Positions 49,507 through 59,342 of a stretch of 64,000 nt of DNA are shown here, in pieces (positions within the stretch are counted from its first letter, which is position 1; every line of letters starts with the position of its first letter). A model generated the notes under the pieces. It did no database searches and was not told where the DNA came from. It saw only the letters and a program-made list of their open reading frames with translations. The DNA lies in the NCBI GenBank assembly GCA_963843145.1, contig CAWJJC010000015.1, positions 18,082 through 82,081 of the forward strand, in the 5' to 3' direction. The stretch is from an uncultured delta proteobacterium (lineage in GTDB: Bacteria; Desulfobacterota; RBG-13-43-22). Both the position numbers and the translations under genes were made by a program.

Positions 49507-50600
49507 TGGATGGGAAAGTCGGTGTAGCCGACTTCGTCAAACGAGTACCAGACCTTCATGTCCGCCGGCGGATTTAAAGGCCAGCCATTGACCAGCCGCT
49601 CGGCCAGATCCGGATTGCTGATGAAGGGCCGGCCGAAAGAGATCAAATCCGCCTGGCCGCTCTGAATGGCCGCTTCGGCGGTTTCTTTGGTGTAACCGCA
49701 ATTCCCCATGAGCGGTCCCTCAAATACCCCCCGGAATTCACCCAGGGTCATGGGCGCCCCGAGCTCGTGAAAGCCGAAGGCCAGCCCATCCAGGACATGG
49801 AGGTAGGCCAATCCGAAACGGTTCAACCGGCCGGCGGCATAGAGAAAGGTCTCTCGAAAATCAGGCGCGCCCATATCGTTGAAAATACCGTTGGGCGCCA
49901 GGTGAACGCCGACGCGTCCCGCCGGCAGAACGGTTTGCAGCGACTCCAGGATTTCCTCCAGAAACCGGAAGCGATTCTCCAGACTTCCCCCATAGCGATC
50001 GGTCCGGTGATTGGTTTTTGATTGCAGGAACTCGTCGATGAGATAGCCGTTGGCGGCGTGCAATTCCACACCGTCAAATCCGGCTGATCGGGCCCGTTCG
50101 GCGGCCTTCCGGTAATCCGCCACGATGGCGGGGATTTCCTCCGTTTCCAGGGCGCGCGGTGTCTCATAAGGCTCATTGCCGGCCGGCGTATGAATAGGAT
50201 CCCCGTTCAGCTTAATGGCCGAGGGAGCGACCGGCAGCCCCTCCTCTTGATGAAAGCTGCTGTGGGAGGCACGGCCGCAGTGCCAAAGCTGGAGAAAGAT
50301 GGGCGTGCCTTGGGCGTGAACCGCCTCCACCACCTGCCTCCAGGCCTCGGCCTGCTCGTCGGTATAGATACCGGGGGCATTCAGCCAGCCGATTCCCTGT
50401 CTGGAAACAAAGACCCCCTCCGTGATGAGAAGCCCGGCGGAGGCCCTTTGGCGGTAATACTCCGCCATCAAGGGATTGGCCAGCCGTTCCTCACCGGCCC
50501 TGGCCCGCGTCATGGGCGCCATGGCGATCCGGTTCTTGAGCCTCAAGCCTTTAAGGTCAAAGGGAGTCTGGAGAACACTCTGGCTATCGGTATTTGTCAT
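49503..50600 (-). CDS. nemA: Old yellow enzyme family alkene reductase (NemA-like)
   Basis: MAPMTRAR, QLWHCGR, HAANGYL, FGRPFISNPDL, GYTDFP. Confidence 0.92.
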   Translation of the reverse strand: MTNTDSQSVLQTPFDLKGLRLKNRIAMAPMTRARAGEERLANPLMAEYYRQRASAGLLITEGVFVSRQGIGWLNAPGIYTDEQAEAWRQVVEAVHAQGTPIFLQLWHCGRASHSSFHQEEGLPVAPSAIKLNGDPIHTPAGNEPYETPRALETEEIPAIVADYRKAAERARSAGFDGVELHAANGYLIDEFLQSKTNHRTDRYGGSLENRFRFLEEILESLQTVLPAGRVGVHLAPNGIFNDMGAPDFRETFLYAAGRLNRFGLAYLHVLDGLAFGFHELGAPMTLGEFRGVFEGPLMGNCGYTKETAEAAIQSGQADLISFGRPFISNPDLAERLVNGWPLNPPADMKVWYSFDEVGYTDFPIH

Positions 50601-51132
50601 GGCGATCAGGTCTCCTCATTTTAAGCCTTGGAGGGTTTGGTAGATTCGTTGACTGGGTGGCCGACCCTGCCGCCTCCTTATTTTGGATCCGGGCGTTTTG
50701 GCAGACGAAAACCACAGACGGCTAAAGCATCCATGGAAGGGTTGAGAAACTGCTTTTAGATAAAGGATAAGAAAGGGAAGGGCGGAGGTCAAGGAGAAAA
50801 AGAAATGCCGGATAGCGCCCGGGATAGGTCCGGCGATCGCTGCGAAGAAAATTCCATCTTGACTACCTATTCTCTCAAGAGTATTTTTGAAACGTTTAGC
50901 TATCCGGACCTTATTAACCCCCCAACAAAACCTCTAACCTCTTGGAGTCCAATATGAAAGGGAATTCCAGCAGGTTCAGATTTTCTCTGTAATCCAGAAA
51001 GGATTGCCGGGATGAGGAATCATCCTATTTCTGAATATTCTGTTATAATATGTTGCGAGGAAACTGGGGAGGTTTATAGGCCACGGGGCATTAGCCTTCT
51101 GCTACTGCAACCGAAGGAGTGTGATTAGAACC

Positions 51133-51441
51133 ATGATCAAAACAAAGCAGGACTTTCTGGATGCTATCAATCAGAACCGATCTCACCTGAGGGCATTGGG
51201 AGTAAAAAGAATCGGACTTTTCGGTTCCTTTGTTCGCGGAGAGCAACGCCCTAACAGTGACATAGACTTGCTGGTCGAATTCGAGCCAGGACAAAAGACA
51301 TTTGATACCTTTATGGAACTTGCCTTCTTTCTGGAGGAGCTTCTACAGCATAGAATTGAACTTGTCACTGTGGAATCGCTCAGCCCCTATATTGGCCCTC
51401 ACATCCTTAAGGAGGTCGAGTATGCCGCTCTCGCCGCTTGA
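51133..51441 (+). CDS. mntA: MNT minimal nucleotidyltransferase antitoxin
   Basis: LFGSFVRG...SDIDLLVEF. Confidence 0.88.
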   Translation: MIKTKQDFLDAINQNRSHLRALGVKRIGLFGSFVRGEQRPNSDIDLLVEFEPGQKTFDTFMELAFFLEELLQHRIELVTVESLSPYIGPHILKEVEYAALAA

Positions 51442-51769
51442 GTATCTTCGCCACATACTCGATGAGACCAAGTACTTGATAGAAGAAAAGCAGGGTTTAG
51501 ACAAAGAGCAGTTCCTGCAGGATGCAACGCTCAAACGTGCCTTCGTGCGGAGCATTGCAATCATCGGAGAAGCCTCAAAGAAAGTACCCTCCGAACTCAA
51601 GAATCAATATCCAGGAGTGAATTGGAAAGCCCTAGCGGGCATGAGGGATCGACTCATCCACGATTACTTTGGGGTAGACTATGACCTAGTCTGGGATGTT
51701 GTGGAAAACAAAATACCCTCATTTCGTGAAGACATATTGAAGATTTTGGAAAAAGAGGATGCAACCTGA
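51422..51769 (+). CDS. hepT: HEPN (DUF86) ribonuclease toxin HepT
   Basis: RDRLIHDY RX4HXY motif; overlaps the MNT gene. Confidence 0.88.
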   Translation: MPLSPLEYLRHILDETKYLIEEKQGLDKEQFLQDATLKRAFVRSIAIIGEASKKVPSELKNQYPGVNWKALAGMRDRLIHDYFGVDYDLVWDVVENKIPSFREDILKILEKEDAT

Positions 51770-51950
51770 CGGAAGATATTGATGTCTGAAACGGCTTCCT
51801 GGGCATCCACCGGACACCAAGCCTTGCCGGGAATATCCGCAAAAATCAAGGGGGCTTTTGGCCTCTTTCACCGTCCTGCTTGGTATGCAATGGGTGTTCC
51901 AGACGACGTCGGCACTGACGCGCCGCGGCGCCTGAACCCAAGCGAAGGGT

Positions 51951-52083
51951 CGCCTATCGGAGGCCCATCTCCCTGGCTGCGGAGCGCCACATCAACAGGT
52001 TTCTTAGGCCTGTGGGTCCCCGGCCCTTCAAACGGATTGAGCAGACGCGCTAAACCGCGCTCCTAATCCTGGGGGATTAACCG
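51951..52083 (+). repeat. ~130-bp imperfect direct repeat ending in a degenerate attC-like hairpin (copy 1)
   Basis: Matches 54191-54323; ggattgagcagacgcg...cgcgctcctaatcc. Confidence 0.7.
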
Positions 52084-52098
52084 CAAGAGAATAACGAC

Positions 52099-52938
52099 AT
52101 GAAGAGACATCGTGTATTGCCGTTCTTCGACTTTGACACGAGAGTCATGACTCTCAGAGATCCGATCAGCGACACATGGGAAGACCAAGTCAAAGAATTG
52201 CACTACGCTAATCGCAAGCGAGTAACCGACTATCTGGTCGCTGAATTTGGTGAACTCAACAAAGACGGAAAACTGGCCAACTTTATCGCGCTCGACACGA
52301 AGCCATTTTCAATAATCGCGTTTCATAACCGTTTCTTTGCACAAGCAAGGACCGCCTTCGTAATGGGAGCCTATTATCCCGCCCTCACGGGCGCCTGTGC
52401 CTTGGGCGAACGAATTCTCAATCATTTGCTTTTGATATTGCGCGACGACTACAAACACACCCCTGAGTACCGCAAAGTCTACAGAAAAGACTCGTTTGAC
52501 GACTGGACAGTTCCAATTGACACCCTGAAGGCTTGGGGTATCCTCCTTCCGGATGTTGTCGACAACTTCCTAAGGTTGAAGGAGATGAGAAACAGAGCCA
52601 TTCACTTTCGCCCAGAGACCGACCATAATGACAGAGAACTTGCACTCGAAACGCTCGATTGCATTAGGGCAATAATCGGTAGTCAATTCGCCAGTCTGGG
52701 GACTCAGCCCTGGTTCATGACCGGAATTCCTGGAGAGGTATACATAAAGCAAGACTGGGAACAGAGGCCTTTCATACAAAAGGTCTACCTCCCCAACTGC
52801 GCGTTCGTCGGGCCAAAGCACATAATAGAAGCGCTGGAGCCTCGGGTTGTTATAAACGACAAGTTCCAGTATGAAGATATCACGATACCGGATGAGGTCT
52901 TCTGTCAACTTAGGAAGGACAGTAACCGGGGCGGTTAA
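52099..52938 (+). CDS. Hypothetical protein with possible HEPN-like RX4H motif
   Basis: Lower GC, cassette-like; RNRAIH motif. Confidence 0.7.
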   Translation: MKRHRVLPFFDFDTRVMTLRDPISDTWEDQVKELHYANRKRVTDYLVAEFGELNKDGKLANFIALDTKPFSIIAFHNRFFAQARTAFVMGAYYPALTGACALGERILNHLLLILRDDYKHTPEYRKVYRKDSFDDWTVPIDTLKAWGILLPDVVDNFLRLKEMRNRAIHFRPETDHNDRELALETLDCIRAIIGSQFASLGTQPWFMTGIPGEVYIKQDWEQRPFIQKVYLPNCAFVGPKHIIEALEPRVVINDKFQYEDITIPDEVFCQLRKDSNRGG

Positions 52939-53003
52939 TAATGCCCTGCAGCGGATTGCCAGTCCGCTTCGCGTTCTGGCAGCGTGCTGAGGGCCACGAT
53001 GTA
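52932..53003 (+). repeat. attC-like imperfect palindrome
   Basis: gccctgcagcgga-ttgccag..ctggcagc-gctgagggc immediately after the stop codon. Confidence 0.55.
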
Positions 53004-53030
53004 CTGAGGAAGAAAGAGGAGGATGTTCCT

Positions 53031-54113
53031 ATGCCTGTTGAGGTTGGACTTTGGCGACTCGGTCAAGAGCACCCGGAGAAGGTGGTCGTCTCCACGATGG
53101 ACGCCGAAGTTGTACTTGAAGACGCTTTGGAAAAGGACCTCTCGATCCTATCGGGAGGCCTTCTTCTTATAGGACGCCAAGTACCGACTTCATATGGGAA
53201 ATTCATAGACATGTTGGCGATGAACGCCTCGGGTGCGCTAATTGTCATAGAACTCAAGAAGTCTCGTACTCCTCGTGACGTGGTCGCTCAGGTGCTTGAC
53301 TATGCTTCTTGGGTCGAAGCGCTTTCATACGAGGAGATAGCCGGCATTTTCTCTGAGAAGAACGCTGGTAGAAAGCTGGAAGAAGCCTTTGATGACGCTT
53401 TTGGTATCAGTCTGCCGGAACAAATCAACCAGAGCCACGAACTGGTTATAGTTGCCACAGACCTCGATCCAAGCACCGAGCGAATCATAAACTACCTTGC
53501 AGATAAATACGGCGTGCCTGTGAATGCTGTTTTCTTCAGATTCTTTCGCGATGACGGTCGTGATTATCTTGCTCGCACCTGGCTGATTGACCCGAAGGAA
53601 GCCGAGCGAAAGGCGTCTCAGTCGAAAGTAAAGAAGGGTGGCGAACCATGGAACGGTCGTGATTTCTATGTGAGTCTCGGCGAAGGAGAGAACCGAACTT
53701 GGGATGATTGTCGGAAGTATGGATTTGTAGCCGGTGGTCAGGGCAAATGGTACAGCCAAACTTTGAAGGCGCTTTTCCCTGGGTCACGCGTGTTCGTGAA
53801 TATACCAAAGACAGGCTATGTGGGCGTGGGAGTGGTCAAGGAAGTGGCCGTGCCGGTGAGGGAATTCAGAGTCAGCATAGATGGTAAGGAAATTTCCATT
53901 TTGGAAGCGCCACTACAGGCAACGAAGATGGGTGAGAATTCTGAAGACCCAGACCTCTCCGAATACCTGGTTCGAGTGGAATGGCTGAAGGCGGTTCCTA
54001 AGAGTGAGGCGTATTGGGAGAAAGGTTTTTTTGCTCTCCAACATACTGCCTGTCGTCTAACGAGCAGCTTTACGATTGAGAGGGTTTCGCAGCATTTCAG
54101 CTTGAGTGAATAG
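53031..54113 (+). CDS. NucS/EndoMS-like PD-(D/E)XK endonuclease domain protein
   Basis: E..LE, IDMLA, VIELKK, AQVLDYA motifs. Confidence 0.82.
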   Translation: MPVEVGLWRLGQEHPEKVVVSTMDAEVVLEDALEKDLSILSGGLLLIGRQVPTSYGKFIDMLAMNASGALIVIELKKSRTPRDVVAQVLDYASWVEALSYEEIAGIFSEKNAGRKLEEAFDDAFGISLPEQINQSHELVIVATDLDPSTERIINYLADKYGVPVNAVFFRFFRDDGRDYLARTWLIDPKEAERKASQSKVKKGGEPWNGRDFYVSLGEGENRTWDDCRKYGFVAGGQGKWYSQTLKALFPGSRVFVNIPKTGYVGVGVVKEVAVPVREFRVSIDGKEISILEAPLQATKMGENSEDPDLSEYLVRVEWLKAVPKSEAYWEKGFFALQHTACRLTSSFTIERVSQHFSLSE

Positions 54114-54120
54114 TGTAGTG

Positions 54121-54191
54121 GATCGAACCAGGCGGTGCAGCTAATCGGCGGGAAAGGGCGCCCGCCTCTGGCTGACCTTTTTGATGGGCCG
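54121..54191 (+). repeat. attC-like imperfect palindrome
   Basis: tcgaaccaggcggtgcagctaa..ggcggg..cccgcc..tggctgacc just after the stop codon. Confidence 0.5.
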
Positions 54192-54323
54192 CCTATCGGC
54201 AGCCCCTCCCCCAGGCTGCGAAGCGCCCCATCAACAAGTTTCTTAGGCTGCCGGTCCCCAGCCCATTAAAAGGATCGAGCAGACGCGCCAAGCCGCACTC
54301 CTCATCCTGGGGGTTTTAGGCCC
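54191..54323 (+). repeat. ~130-bp direct repeat copy 2 with attC-like end (ttttaggc)
   Basis: Matches 51951-52083. Confidence 0.7.
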
Positions 54324-54692
54324 GCAGTTGCCCCAGGAGAGCCATCTTGTTCGCCGGTCATTTAGGAGTTGCCCTTGCAGCAGGTCGCGTTGAGCGGCGC
54401 ATGAATGTCGTCGTCTTCGCTGCTGCCCCCTTTCTGCTCGACGGCAATGGCCGCAAGCTCGCTCATTACCATCGTCATCCTGTGCCTGCTCATTGGCTGG
54501 CTGGGGAAAGGTTCGAATGACAGGCAGGCCTAACGCTCTGATCGAGAAGACCTCCACCGGCTAGGCGCTACGGCTAACTGTCCATGCTTTCCTGCACAGT
54601 AAGTCTATGGGCTGTTTGGTCTGACGTATAAGACCAGGGGACAGACGACGGAGGAGGGACATCCCTAAGGGCAACCTGCGGCAGTATATCAG

Positions 54693-55112
54693 TTAGGTAA
54701 GCCAACTGATTTCCAGGATTCCATCTTCTTCAAGGGCACGAAATTCGGGATCTCCAGTAAAAAGGGAGGCGTTTTTAACCTTGGCCAGGGCCGCCGCAAA
54801 GGAATCCGCATAAGAGATCGGATAGTTGGCTTTGATAGCCGCTGCGGTCAAGAGAAGTTCCTCGTTTATCGCCTCAACCAATTTTATTGGAAATCTCTTG
54901 ATCCGGGTATAAGCCAGATCCGCCACATCTTTGCCCTGTTCTCGAAGGGTAATATAGTAGACTTCTCCCAGATGAAGCGCATGTAAATAGACACGGGGAA
55001 GACCTTTTTTGGCCTGCTGGAGAAGGTCCTCTATTTCCTGGGCAAAAGGCTCGTTTTCGAGATAGCCTATCAAAGCAAAACTGTCCAGCACATAGCTATT
55101 TCCTTTTGCCAA
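54693..55112 (-). CDS. vapC: VapC PIN-domain toxin
   Basis: YVLDS, E, SYADSF, TGD. Confidence 0.88.
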   Translation of the reverse strand: MAKGNSYVLDSFALIGYLENEPFAQEIEDLLQQAKKGLPRVYLHALHLGEVYYITLREQGKDVADLAYTRIKRFPIKLVEAINEELLLTAAAIKANYPISYADSFAAALAKVKNASLFTGDPEFRALEEDGILEISWLT

Positions 55113-55356
55113 GCCTTCTGTCCTCCTTCCTTTTTTCCAGATGCTTCTCTTTAAGATAGGTCTTTAGTAGACCTGTACCCTTCAGCATTCCCCTGGCGGC
55201 TTTAATGACATCACTTGTTTCAGGAACCATCAATAAGCCATCCTCCTTGGGAATCCACCGTATGGTCATTGCCGGGGCAATAGCGTACTTTTCCCGTAAT
55301 CTTTTGGGGATCACAATTTGACCTTTTGACGTTACCCTGGATTTATCTGCTTCCAC
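55096..55356 (-). CDS. AbrB/MazE-family antitoxin
   Basis: VTSKGQIVIPKRLRE. Confidence 0.88.
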   Translation of the reverse strand: MEADKSRVTSKGQIVIPKRLREKYAIAPAMTIRWIPKEDGLLMVPETSDVIKAARGMLKGTGLLKTYLKEKHLEKRKEDRRLGKRK

Positions 55357-55435
55357 TTGGCTCTCCCCTTTGCCATCTTTTGATTGTTATAAGTAAGCCT
55401 AGGGAAGGAGTAAGAATTTGTCAATATGTTTTTCT

Positions 55436-55774
55436 TACCATCCGGAGTTGCCGCCGGCCGGGGCAGGGTCGCCAGTGGTGGGCGTCGGATTGTGGAACAA
55501 TATGCCGGTGGCCCTGGTGGTCGAAGCCGCCCTCGTTGTCATAGGGATGTACCTGTTCTTCCCTAGGAATGGCCTTTCGCGGGCGAAACAGCTTGCCCTT
55601 GGGGTGCTAAGCCTGCTGGTCCTCGCCTTGACCATCGCAGGCCTGACCGTCGCTCCGACTCCTCCGTCAGCCGCGGCAATGGCCGCAAGCGCACTCATTA
55701 CCATCGTCATCCTGTGCCTGCTCATTGGCTGGCTGGGAAAAGGTTCGAAATTGACAAAACTATATCGTTCATAA
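55436..55774 (+). pseudogene. C-terminal fragment of a membrane protein (metal-dependent hydrolase-like)
   Basis: HPELP..G.P.VGVGLWN followed by TM helices; no credible start; its 3' end is duplicated at 54442-54517. Confidence 0.5.
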
Positions 55775-55858
55775 TATCCTAATACAAAATGGGTCGGCGG
55801 ACATATCGGCCTGTAATCAGTAACCGTGCTCTGAGGGGCTGAAAGGGGGTTCAGGCAA

Positions 55859-56824
55859 ATGATCAAGGGTGACGCGGAAACAGCCGGGACCATGTACCGG
55901 AAAATGGTCCTTATTCGAAAATTCGAAGAAAAATTAGTGGAACTTTCTCAAGTCCGCGGGCGATTGCCGGGTATGCAAATCCTGGCTATCGGACAGGAGG
56001 CCGTGGCGGTAGGGGTCGTTCAGGCCATGCAGCCGAAGGATATCCTGGTCAGTAACCATCGGAGCCATGGTCATCTGTTGGCCAAGGGGGCCGATCCCGC
56101 GACTCTTTTGGCGGAGATCATGGGGAAAGGCACCGGTGTCAATAAGGGGAAAGCCGGGACCTTGCACCTGGCCGTTCCGGAAATCGGGGCCTTAATGACC
56201 AGTACGGTCGTCGGGGCCGGTCCCCCCCTGGCCGTGGGAGCGGCCTTTGCTCAGCAATACCGAAATGAACCCTTCATCACCGTGGTCTTTTTTGGAGACG
56301 GGGCCGCGGCGGAAGGCAGCGTTCATGAGGCCATGAATCTGGCCGCTCTCTGGAAATTGCCCGTGCTTTTTGTCTGTGAGAATAACTGCTGGGCAGGGGC
56401 CCAAGGCCTGGCGCAGCATTGTTCCCTGACCCGGTTAGCCGACAGGGCCCAGGCCTATGGTTTCCCCGGTCAGGTGGTGGATGGCAACGATGTCCTGGAA
56501 GTCTATGCCCAGGCCCGGCAATTGATCGCCTTCTGTCGAGAGGGAAAAGGACCAGCCCTGCTGGAGGCCAAGACCTATCGGATGCGGGGCCACGGAGAGT
56601 ATGACCATCAGCATTACGTCGATAAAGCAGAATTGGAAGAATGGGGTCGCCGCTCGCCCATTCAAAGGCTTGAAGAAAAACTGTTGGCCGAGGGAAGGAT
56701 GGACAAGAGGGAGATGGCTGACATTAAATTGGAGAACCAAAGACAGATTGAGGCGGCCCTGAAATTCGCTGACGAGAGTCCCTACCCCCTGCCGACCGAA
56801 GCCCTGGACCATCTTTGGGCCTAA
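55859..56824 (+). CDS. TPP-dependent dehydrogenase E1 alpha (acetoin/pyruvate family)
   Basis: GQEA, HRSHGH, FGDGA..ENN, TYRMRGH. Confidence 0.92.
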   Translation: MIKGDAETAGTMYRKMVLIRKFEEKLVELSQVRGRLPGMQILAIGQEAVAVGVVQAMQPKDILVSNHRSHGHLLAKGADPATLLAEIMGKGTGVNKGKAGTLHLAVPEIGALMTSTVVGAGPPLAVGAAFAQQYRNEPFITVVFFGDGAAAEGSVHEAMNLAALWKLPVLFVCENNCWAGAQGLAQHCSLTRLADRAQAYGFPGQVVDGNDVLEVYAQARQLIAFCREGKGPALLEAKTYRMRGHGEYDHQHYVDKAELEEWGRRSPIQRLEEKLLAEGRMDKREMADIKLENQRQIEAALKFADESPYPLPTEALDHLWA

Positions 56825-56839
56825 CGAAAGGAGCGTCTA

Positions 56840-57826
56840 ATGTCGATACTATCTTTTGGAAAGGCCATAAACCAAGGGCTGGATCTGGCGATGAGTCTGG
56901 ATGAACGAGTTTTTCTGGCCGGTGAGGGGGTGGGGGTATCCATTCATCTTGACCCCAATATGCCCACCTACGGTTTGCTCGAAAAATTCGGTCCGAAGCG
57001 AGTCAAGGATACGCCGGTCAGTGAGGCGGCCATTGCCGGCCTGGCCGTCGGCGCCTCTTGTCTCGGTCTTTTGCCGGTAGTAGAAATCATGTTTTTCCCC
57101 TTCTTTACGCTGGCCAGCGATATGATCATTAATCACGCGGCTAAATTGCGTTATCTCAGCGGGGGGAAATCGTCTTTTCCCCTGACGGTGCGAATCAAGT
57201 CCGGATCCGGTTTCTCGGCCGGCTGTCAGCATTCACATAATCTGGAGGCCTGGGTGGCCCATATCCCCGGCTTGAAGGTGGTCTATCCTTCAACCCCCGC
57301 CGATGCTAAAGGCCTCCTGCTGAGCGCCCTTTTTGATCCCAACCCGGTCATCGTCATCGAGGAGCTGGCTCTTTACGGGAGGGAGGACGAGGTCCCGGAA
57401 GGGGATTTTCGGGTACCTTTAGGCCAGGCTCGTCTAGTCCAAACGGGATCCGATTGTACCCTGGTCAGCTACGGTTCGGCTATTTATACGGTCTTGGAAG
57501 CGGCCGAGCTTTTGGCGAAGGAAGGTATCTCGGCAGAGGTCCTGGATTTGAGGTGCCTGGTTCCCCTGGATAGGGCTAGTCTTCTCGCGTCGGTCCGGAA
57601 GACGGGCCGGCTGGTGGTCATCCACGAGGCCAATAAATTTGGGGGCTTCGGAGCGGAAATTGCCGCCCTGGTTGCCGAGGAGGCCTTTGAACACCTTAAA
57701 TCACCCATCAAACGGGTTGGCGCCCCGGATATCCCGGTGCCCTTTTCACCACCCCAGGAGAAATTTTACCGACCAAGCCCGGAGAAGATCCTCGCTGCCG
57801 TTCACTCCCTGATGGAGGGCAGATAA
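56840..57826 (+). CDS. TPP-dependent dehydrogenase E1 beta
   Basis: DTPVSE, QHSH, PSTPADAKGLL, DLRCLVPLD. Confidence 0.92.
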   Translation: MSILSFGKAINQGLDLAMSLDERVFLAGEGVGVSIHLDPNMPTYGLLEKFGPKRVKDTPVSEAAIAGLAVGASCLGLLPVVEIMFFPFFTLASDMIINHAAKLRYLSGGKSSFPLTVRIKSGSGFSAGCQHSHNLEAWVAHIPGLKVVYPSTPADAKGLLLSALFDPNPVIVIEELALYGREDEVPEGDFRVPLGQARLVQTGSDCTLVSYGSAIYTVLEAAELLAKEGISAEVLDLRCLVPLDRASLLASVRKTGRLVVIHEANKFGGFGAEIAALVAEEAFEHLKSPIKRVGAPDIPVPFSPPQEKFYRPSPEKILAAVHSLMEGR

Positions 57827-58108
57827 ACTGTCGATCGTTTTGGTTCAAAATTTAGAACCAGTTGTCTTTTCTGAGAGAAAGAGGCTCGGATGATATAGGG
57901 GCCTGATTTTCTCTACGAGGCGCAGGCTCGCCTTTACGAGCCGGAGGTTATAGTTTCTTTTTCCCTGGGGTGGATGCAGGAACCGCAAAAGACCTGAAAA
58001 CCGGCCTCTGAACCGTAAGGCCTACGGCCCGGAGGGAATGTCTCCAGGAGTTCAGCAGAGTAAGGACTTTAAATCTAAAGCGAACGTGTATTTCAATGGG
58101 AGACGATC

Positions 58109-58450
58109 ATGATAAAAAAACTTGAAGTACTCCAACTTCCCTGGCAGGAGCATCCCGTTTTCAAAGATTTACGCATCAAGAAGCTTCTGACGTACGAAAT
58201 GGATAAAGTCGATTTGAGCATTGCGATGGTGCAAGTGAAGCGAGGCGCACAAATACCGGCTCATGTGCATGATCAAGACGACATAGTTTATCATTTGAAG
58301 GGGAAAGGAAAAATGTGGATTGAGGGCGAAGGAGATTTTGAAGTGACTGCGGGGAGCTTTATTCGAATTCCGGCTGGCGTAAAACACCAACCCCACGATA
58401 TTGAGGAGGAGATGTTGGTCTTTGATATCTATTTCCCCCACCTATTTTAA
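58109..58450 (+). CDS. Cupin-domain protein
   Basis: PAHVH, IPAGVKH. Confidence 0.85.
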   Translation: MIKKLEVLQLPWQEHPVFKDLRIKKLLTYEMDKVDLSIAMVQVKRGAQIPAHVHDQDDIVYHLKGKGKMWIEGEGDFEVTAGSFIRIPAGVKHQPHDIEEEMLVFDIYFPHLF

Positions 58451-58497
58451 AAGGGGATTTGGTGCGAGAAGAAGGAAGGGTGAGATGAAGGAGGGAA

Positions 58498-58550
58498 TGA
58501 ACTCTTATGAACGGGTAATAGCCGTTAGGGGGGGAGAGAAGCCAGATTGT
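58498..58550 (+). pseudogene. N-terminal stub of a uroporphyrinogen decarboxylase/MtaA-like gene
   Basis: AAGGAGG RBS then MNSYERVIAVRGGEKPD, truncated. Confidence 0.45.
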
Positions 58551-58686
58551 GGTAGGCAGGGGGACATCCAATTCAGAAAGTGCTTTATCAAATGACCTAA
58601 TAACGTAACCGGGGGCATCAACCTATTTGACAAAACTATATCGATCATGATATCGTAAAACAAAATTGATCGATGGAGGTATTGGG

Positions 58687-58893
58687 ATGCAATCAATAAC
58701 CGTATCACCAAAATATCAAATCGTTATCCCCAAAACGGTCAGGAAGGCATTGAATCTTCGGCCGGGCCAAAAAATGCAGGTTATCGAATATGCCGGACGT
58801 ATTGAACTTATACCGGAACGCGATATAAAGGAACTTCGGGGATTTCTTAAGGGCATCAATACTGAATTTAAACGAGAGAAAGATAGGGTATGA
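58687..58893 (+). CDS. AbrB/MazE-family antitoxin
   Basis: VSPKYQIVIPKTVRK; GGAGG RBS. Confidence 0.88.
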   Translation: MQSITVSPKYQIVIPKTVRKALNLRPGQKMQVIEYAGRIELIPERDIKELRGFLKGINTEFKREKDRV

Positions 58894-59264
58894 ATATTGT
58901 AGATTCCTCCGGCTGGCTGGCCTACTTCGCGGACGAGCCTAATGCCAAGCATTTCCTGACCCCGTTGAGTGATTCGACCTTGCTGGTTGTACCAACAGTT
59001 ACGATATACGAGGTCTTCAAGGTCATTCTCCGGGAGTCCAGTGAGAATGAAGCCTTGCAGGCGGTTGTGGCTATGCAAAAAGGAACGGTTGTGGATCTAA
59101 ACGCCTCATTGGCCATCGCTGCCTCAAAGCTAAGTTTGGAGCATAATCTCCCTATGGCGGACAGTATCATCCTCGCCACAGCGCAGGAATTCAAAGCCCT
59201 TCTCTGGACTCAGGATTCAGATTTCAAAAATTTAAGTAAGGTGAAGTATTTTTCCAAGAAATAA
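58890..59264 (+). CDS. vapC: VapC PIN-domain toxin
   Basis: VDSSGW, YEV, MADS, TQDSDF; ATGA overlap. Confidence 0.9.
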   Translation: MNIVDSSGWLAYFADEPNAKHFLTPLSDSTLLVVPTVTIYEVFKVILRESSENEALQAVVAMQKGTVVDLNASLAIAASKLSLEHNLPMADSIILATAQEFKALLWTQDSDFKNLSKVKYFSKK

Positions 59265-59342
59265 GAATTGGCCAACCAGTTAGTTTTTAAAGTGGTTTTG
59301 TTCGAAGACGGTTAGTTACTAGAAGGCCAAAAACATTTGCCA

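Noticed and set aside
50930-51040. Riboswitch or small RNA upstream of MNT-HepT
   Set aside because: Only short hairpins are visible, with no recognisable family consensus.
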